A DNA stretch of 64,000 bases, taken from positions 72,559-136,558 of the forward strand of contig JBBDYJ010000014.1 of the NCBI GenBank assembly GCA_040901675.1. Reading direction: 5' to 3'. Under the pieces are notes generated by a model that had not been told where the DNA came from, made no database searches, and worked only from the letters and a program-made list of their open reading frames with translations. Numbering within the stretch: the first letter of the stretch is position 1; every line of letters begins with the position of its first letter. Made by a program: the position numbers and the translations under genes. Positions 58,552 to 64,000 of this stretch are shown here, piece after piece. The DNA comes from Pirellulales bacterium (GTDB lineage: Bacteria; Planctomycetota; Planctomycetia; Pirellulales; JAICIG01).

Positions 58552-61284
58552 ATGGCTAAATCCAAACCCAAAAACGCCGCCGGCAAGCCGCTGGTGATCG
58601 TCGAGTCGCCCGCCAAGGCCCGCACCATCGGCGGTTTTCTGGGCCGCGACTTCGTGATCGAGGCCAGCATCGGGCACGTCCGCGACCTGCCCCAGGGGGC
58701 CAAGCAAATCCCCGCCGAGTTCAAGAAGGAGGATTGGGCCTACCTGGGGGTCAACGTCCATGACGACTTCAACCCCGTTTACATCGTGCCGCCCGGCAAG
58801 GTCGAGCAGGTCCGCAAACTCAAGGCCCTGCTCAAGGACGCCCGCGAGCTTTACCTGGCCACGGACGAGGACCGCGAGGGCGAGGCCATCAGTTGGCACC
58901 TCCGCGAGCTGCTCAAGCCCAAGGTGCCCGTCCGCCGCCTGGTGTTCCACGAGATCACCAAGGAAGCCATCCACGAAGCCCTGGAGCATCCGCGGGACAT
59001 TGACGACGCCCTGGTCCGTGCCCAGGAAACCCGCCGCATCATCGACCGACTGTTCGGCTACGAGGTGTCCCCGCTGCTTTGGCGGAAGGTGCGGCCCCGC
59101 CTCTCGGCTGGGCGCGTGCAGAGCGTGGCGGTGCGGCTGATCGTCCAGCGCGAGCGCGAGCGGATGGCGTTTGTCTCGGCCAGCTTCTGGGATCTGCTGG
59201 GCACATTCGCCAAGGCCGGTGGAGAAGGCTTCCAGGCCGGCCTGTCCAGCTACCAAGGCCGGTCGATCCCGTCGGCCAAGGACTTCGACCCGGCCACCGG
59301 CAAGCTGAAGGATCAGCGGCTGTTGCTGCTCGACGAAGAGCAGGCGTCCCAATTGGCCCACGAGCTGCGCGCAGGCCAGTTCCGCGTCGGTTCGTTGGAC
59401 GATAAGCCCTACACGTCGAAACCCTATGCACCTTTCACCACCAGCACGCTGCAGCAGGAAGCCAACCGCAAGCTGGGCTTTACGGCCCGCCGCACGATGC
59501 AGGCGGCCCAGAGCCTGTACGAAACCGGCCACATCACCTACATGCGAACCGACTCGACGAACCTGGCCGCCGTGGCCATCGAGGCGGCCCGCGACCTGGT
59601 GGCATCGCAGTACGGGCGTGAGTACCTGCCGGACCAGCCTCGCGTGTATCGCACCAAGGTCAAGAACGCGCAGGAGGCCCACGAGGCGATCCGGCCGGCG
59701 GGCCATCCCTTTGCCCTGCCCGAGTCGCTGCGAGGCGAGCTGTCGAGTGACGAGTACAAGCTGTACGACCTGATTTGGAAGCGTACCGTGGCCAGCCAGA
59801 TGGCCGACGCCCGCGGCCGCCGGATCTCGATCACGATCGAAGGCGGTGAGGCCACGTTCCAGGTGGGGGGCAAGACGATCGACTTCCCCGGCTACCTGCG
59901 GGCGTACGTGGAAGGCGCCGACGATCCCCAGGCGGAGTTGGCCGACCGCGAAACCGTGCTGCCCGACGTGCAGGTGGGCCAGGTGCTCGCCTGCCAGGCC
60001 ATGGAACCCAAGGGGCACACGACGCAGCCTCCCGGCCGCTACAACGAAGCTACGCTGACCCGTGCCCTGGAAGAGCTGGGCATCGGCCGTCCCAGCACGT
60101 ACGCGGTGATCATCGATACGATCCTGGCCCGGCAGTACGTTTTCAAGCGAGGCAACGCCCTGGTGCCTACCTGGACCGCTTTTGCCGTCTCCCAGTTGCT
60201 GGAGGAGCACCTGCCGGACCTGGTCGACTACCGCTTCACGGCCCAGATGGAAGACGATCTGGACGCGATCAGCCGCGGCGAGGCGGGGCACGTCGACTAC
60301 CTGCGGGCTTTTTATTTCGGCAACGGGCACGTCGGTTTGAAGCGGCAGCTCGAGAACAAGGTCGACGAGATCAACGCCCGCGACGTCAGCCGCATCTCGC
60401 TGGGCACTCCCGGGGGCAATGGCCAGGCTGGGCAGGAAATCTATGTCCGCGTGGGACGCTTCGGTCCTTTTCTGGAACAGGGAGAACGGCGGGCCAGCAT
60501 TCCCGACGGCTTTCCGCCGGACGAGTTGACGATTCGTGCCGCCCTGGAAATGCTCGACCGGGCCGCTCAGGGGGACGAGCCGCTGGGCATCTGTCCTGAG
60601 ACGAACAAGCCGGTCTTCTTGAAAGTCGGCCGCTTCGGGCCGTATGTGCAGCGCGGCACGTCGCAGGATGAGGAAAAACCGCAGAACGCTTCGCTGCTCA
60701 AGTCGATGGACCCCGAGGACGTCGACCTGGCCGCGGCCTTGAAGCTGCTTAGCCTGCCCCGTGAGCTGGGAGAACATCCCCCCGGCAACTCGCCGTTGGC
60801 CGGCCAGAAGGTGTGGGCGTACAACGGTCGATTCGGGCCCTACGTCAAGTGCGGTCAGGAAACCCGCTCGCTCCCGTCGGAGCTTTCGCCGCTGGACATC
60901 ACGCTGGAGCAGGCGGTGGCCCTGCTGGCCGAACCGAAGAAGGCCCGCCGCGGCTTCGGCGCGCCGAAGGAGCCGATCAAGGTCTTCAGCCAGTCGCCCG
61001 TCACCGCTGAGCCGGTCAAGCTGCTCGAAGGGCGTTACGGGCCCTATGTGACCGATGGCGCCACGAACGCTTCGCTGCCCAAGGGCACGCCGGTCGAGGA
61101 GCTCACGTTCGAACAGGCGCTGGAGCTATTGGCGGCCCGGGCCGCACAAGGACCTGCCAGGAAAGGCTCACGCCGCAAAAAGCCGTCCTCCTCCCCCATC
61201 AAGAAGAAGTCCGCGCCGCGGAAGACGGCACGGCCGAAAGCGAAAGGCAGCAGGCCGAAGGCGAAAGGCCGAAAGGCCGGCTAA
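58552..61284 (+). CDS. topA: DNA topoisomerase I
   Basis: LVIVESPAKA, DEDREGE, SAGRVQS, ITYMRTDS, GIGRPSTY; GRFGPY C-terminal repeats; Lys-rich tail. Confidence 0.97.
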   Translation: MAKSKPKNAAGKPLVIVESPAKARTIGGFLGRDFVIEASIGHVRDLPQGAKQIPAEFKKEDWAYLGVNVHDDFNPVYIVPPGKVEQVRKLKALLKDARELYLATDEDREGEAISWHLRELLKPKVPVRRLVFHEITKEAIHEALEHPRDIDDALVRAQETRRIIDRLFGYEVSPLLWRKVRPRLSAGRVQSVAVRLIVQRERERMAFVSASFWDLLGTFAKAGGEGFQAGLSSYQGRSIPSAKDFDPATGKLKDQRLLLLDEEQASQLAHELRAGQFRVGSLDDKPYTSKPYAPFTTSTLQQEANRKLGFTARRTMQAAQSLYETGHITYMRTDSTNLAAVAIEAARDLVASQYGREYLPDQPRVYRTKVKNAQEAHEAIRPAGHPFALPESLRGELSSDEYKLYDLIWKRTVASQMADARGRRISITIEGGEATFQVGGKTIDFPGYLRAYVEGADDPQAELADRETVLPDVQVGQVLACQAMEPKGHTTQPPGRYNEATLTRALEELGIGRPSTYAVIIDTILARQYVFKRGNALVPTWTAFAVSQLLEEHLPDLVDYRFTAQMEDDLDAISRGEAGHVDYLRAFYFGNGHVGLKRQLENKVDEINARDVSRISLGTPGGNGQAGQEIYVRVGRFGPFLEQGERRASIPDGFPPDELTIRAALEMLDRAAQGDEPLGICPETNKPVFLKVGRFGPYVQRGTSQDEEKPQNASLLKSMDPEDVDLAAALKLLSLPRELGEHPPGNSPLAGQKVWAYNGRFGPYVKCGQETRSLPSELSPLDITLEQAVALLAEPKKARRGFGAPKEPIKVFSQSPVTAEPVKLLEGRYGPYVTDGATNASLPKGTPVEELTFEQALELLAARAAQGPARKGSRRKKPSSSPIKKKSAPRKTARPKAKGSRPKAKGRKAG

Positions 61285-62073
61285 GAGCGCTGAGTAGGGA
61301 GTGGTTTGCCCTTCACCCCCGGCCGGCCCTAGAATGTAGTCAGCGGTGCCTGGGTGCAAACTCTTGCCGGCAGGCTCCGCCAGGTTCCCGTCCGCCCCGG
61401 ATCCCATCTTGTCCGTCGAGCGCGCTTGCGCATCTAGTGCAACCGTTGACGCCGCCCTAAGCGTTAGAGTCAGGCGAAGCGTTAACGGCGCCGCGATCGG
61501 ACTGTCCGCTACGAAAGGGAAAACTTTCTAAAGTCAAACCCCGCCGCCACTCGAAATACCTTTCGGAAGGCTTGTACAGCGCGGGACTTTCCTTGCCCCA
61601 AGGAAGGTGCCCCGTGACCGCAAAGCCGCAGGGGGGAACCTGCCCAAAGGCCACGCCTGAAATCGGTTGCCGTCGGCGGTGCGACGGCAACCGTCGCTTG
61701 CTTTCCTCGCTGCCCAACTGCCGCCGCGTTTTAGCGCATCGCCCGGGTCTCGTTGGGAATCGGAGCTACACCGAATGGAACGCTGCTTCCCTATTTTACG
61801 GATTTTCACTGACTTCCGGATGCCCCGCTCGCCGATGACTCTCACTAAGGCCGGGATCAGAGGGAGCTGAACCACAGCCGAACGAAGCGAATACCAACGT
61901 CAACGCCCCGACCCAGATGTTTGCGGTGGGTAGCTCGAACACCCACAGCCGGCACGAAGGATCGCGACAGAGCCGCCAGGCCGCAGACAAGGGGCCCGCA
62001 AGCTCCGGTGGAGGACAACCGCCTCGCCGGAGTGAACTTCCAAACCAAAGCGAATGTAATTGGAGAGCCTGCG

Positions 62074-62649
62074 ATGAAGGTCTTCACAACTGGACAGGTC
62101 GCCAAGATCTGTAAGGTGGCCCCGCGCACCGTCAGCAAGTGGTTTGATTCCGGCCGGCTGAAAGGTTATCGCATCCCCGGCTCCCAGGACCGGCGTATTC
62201 CCCGCGAATACCTGATCCGGTTCCTCAAGGAGCATGGGATGCCTCTGGGAGATCTCGAAGACGAAGCCATGGCCAAGGTACTCGTGGTCGGACAAGACCA
62301 AGTCTTGATCGAGAACCTGAAGCGAGAGCTGCCTCTGGAGCGCTCCTTCAAGCTGGCCGTGGCCGCCAGCGGATTCGAAGCCGGCATCCAGGCCGAGAGC
62401 TTCCATCCCGACTGCATCATCGTCGATTTCTCGATCGGCCGGATCGAGGCCCTGCAGATCTGCCAAAACCTGCGGCGCAACAGCGAGTACTCCGAAACGA
62501 TCCTGATTGCACTGTTGCCCGACGATGGCAATTCCAACAGCTTTGATCGCTCGAGTATCAACGAAACGTTCAAGAAACCGTTCGACGCGGCCTTGCTGGC
62601 CGAGCGTCTGCGGACCTTGATCGGGGCCCGCAAAGAGCTGGCTCGCTAG
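62074..62649 (+). CDS. Excisionase-type HTH fused to an atypical receiver domain
   Basis: FTTGQVAKICKVAPRTVSKWFDSG...DRRIP; receiver with IIVD and KKPF. Confidence 0.85.
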   Translation: MKVFTTGQVAKICKVAPRTVSKWFDSGRLKGYRIPGSQDRRIPREYLIRFLKEHGMPLGDLEDEAMAKVLVVGQDQVLIENLKRELPLERSFKLAVAASGFEAGIQAESFHPDCIIVDFSIGRIEALQICQNLRRNSEYSETILIALLPDDGNSNSFDRSSINETFKKPFDAALLAERLRTLIGARKELAR

Positions 62650-63032
62650 GTACCCCGCCCGCGGGCGCTGTCTCGGCAGTGTGCGTCGCTGGCAATCAAC
62701 CCGTCGCGGCTAGACCCCCGCGGCGGTTAAGGTTAGCTCGGGGGGCGGCCGAAAGAGTCGGCTGCTGGCATGCTGGGCATCCCGGGCCCGGCAAGCCCCC
62801 CTTTGCCTCTCTGGGCCGCCCTGTTTGGCGGCCCCAAGGCCTTCCAAGGCCTTGCCCGCTCGTCGATGCGCCCTTGGGGCGTTAATCCGCTGCGGCCCTT
62901 TGCGGTTCTCCTGCCAGCCCATCGGGGGCGGATTTGCGGGCGCCGATCGACCAAGAGGCCCCTCGACGGGCAGGTCGCGGTCCTTAGAATGGTCGGCCAG
63001 CGGGGCGAAGCGACGGCGGGTGCATCGGGCCT

Positions 63033-63545
63033 ATGAGCGAGCTGAGTCATTTCGACGAACAAGGCGCCAGCCGGATGGTCGACGTCGGCGCCAAGCAGAT
63101 CACCGCCCGCATGGCGCGGGCCAGCGGGCGCGTGCGGATGGCGCCCACGACGCTCGAACTGCTTCGCACGGGCGGGCCTGTCGCGGGGACCGCTCTTGCC
63201 AAGGGCAACGCGCTGGAGGTGGCGCGGCTGGCCGGCATCATGGCAGCCAAGCAGACCGGAAGCTTGATTCCGCTGTGCCACCCGCTGCCGCTGGACGCCG
63301 TGGAGATTGGCTTTGACTTTCCAGACGCCGGCACGGTTTCCATCGAGGCCACGGTGCGCGTCGCCGCTCGCACCGGAGTGGAAATGGAAGCCCTGGTGGC
63401 GGTGAGCATCGCGGCGCTGACCATTTACGACATGTGCAAGGCCGTGGACCGGTCGATGAGCGTCGAAGCGGTTCAACTCGAAGAAAAACTTGGAGGCCGC
63501 AGTGGACATTATCGCCGGCAAGGACAGGACGAGCAGCCTGGCTGA
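63033..63545 (+). CDS. moaC: Cyclic pyranopterin monophosphate synthase
   Basis: SHFD...MVDV, LIPLCHP, TGVEMEAL, IYDMCKAVD, K.GG.SG. Confidence 0.96.
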   Translation: MSELSHFDEQGASRMVDVGAKQITARMARASGRVRMAPTTLELLRTGGPVAGTALAKGNALEVARLAGIMAAKQTGSLIPLCHPLPLDAVEIGFDFPDAGTVSIEATVRVAARTGVEMEALVAVSIAALTIYDMCKAVDRSMSVEAVQLEEKLGGRSGHYRRQGQDEQPG

Positions 63546-63552
63546 GGGCGAC

Positions 63553-64000
63553 TTGGGCGCGGTCGCGGCCGTGCCGGGCGAGCCGGCCGGCGGCGCCGTC
63601 TACCGAGTTGCCGAGCCGGCGGCCGCGTGCGTCGGCCGGCGCGAGGCGCGGGGGCGTCTGGATCAGCTCTACGAGCCGATCCGCGATCAACTCGAAGGTT
63701 GCGAACGGATTCTGCGGGCCGAGCTGCGCAATGAAAACGCCTATGTCGACCAGTTGGTTCGCCACGGCTTCCGGCTGGGCGGCAAACGGCTGCGCCCGGC
63801 ACTGCTGCTGCTGGCCGCCCAGGCGGCCGGCAACGTGACCGATGAGCACCTGGTGCTGGCCGCCGTGGTGGAGATGATCCATACGGCTACGCTGGTGCAC
63901 GACGACGTGCTGGACGGCGCGACGGTGCGGCGGCACCTGCAGACGCTGAACTCACGTTGGGGCAACGAGGCCAGCGTGCTGGTGGGTGACTACCTGTTCA
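63553..64000 (+). CDS. Polyprenyl diphosphate synthase (runs off the window; start uncertain)
   Basis: GGKRLRP, EMIHTATLVHDDVLD, VRR, VLVGDYL; absent from the ORF track because it has no stop in the window. Confidence 0.9.
   Translation, partial: MGAVAAVPGEPAGGAVYRVAEPAAACVGRREARGRLDQLYEPIRDQLEGCERILRAELRNENAYVDQLVRHGFRLGGKRLRPALLLLAAQAAGNVTDEHLVLAAVVEMIHTATLVHDDVLDGATVRRHLQTLNSRWGNEASVLVGDYLF

Noticed and set aside
62074..62240. Prophage excisionase
   Set aside because: The HTH is fused to a receiver domain among core genes; no integrase or phage genes nearby

Overview
High-GC bacterial chromosome segment. The gene content (two DUF1501 proteins, DUF1549/DUF1553, planctomycete cytochrome c-WD40, DUF1559 prepilin, DUF3467) points to a planctomycete, probably Pirellulales-like. 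The left end holds a minus-strand array of at least 12 partly non-canonical tRNA genes. Its leader carries a short ORF, a 13-bp antiterminator helix overlapping that ORF's stop codon, and a terminator whose 3' arm plus U-tract is repeated five times: a candidate translation-stress attenuator. A divergent operon (membrane protein, winged-helix regulator, ispH, B12 radical SAM) carries two identical 17-bp palindromes. An accessory patch at about 11.3-15.9 kb contains a glycosyltransferase fragment, a group II intron 5' remnant, a low-GC orphan gene, an HUH/Y1 (RAYT-like) transposase with two tandem one-ended 5' copies, and an Imm17-like gene. The rest is mostly core or planctomycete-typical genes: ppdK, lpxA, an iscS-like gene, a cobalamin riboswitch with a BtuB-like receptor, csrA, holB, tmk, nagA, a TolC-family gene, glgB, topA, moaC and a polyprenyl synthase. 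Several REP-like and heptamer repeat families are dispersed throughout. All calls were made by eye from motifs; no searches were run.
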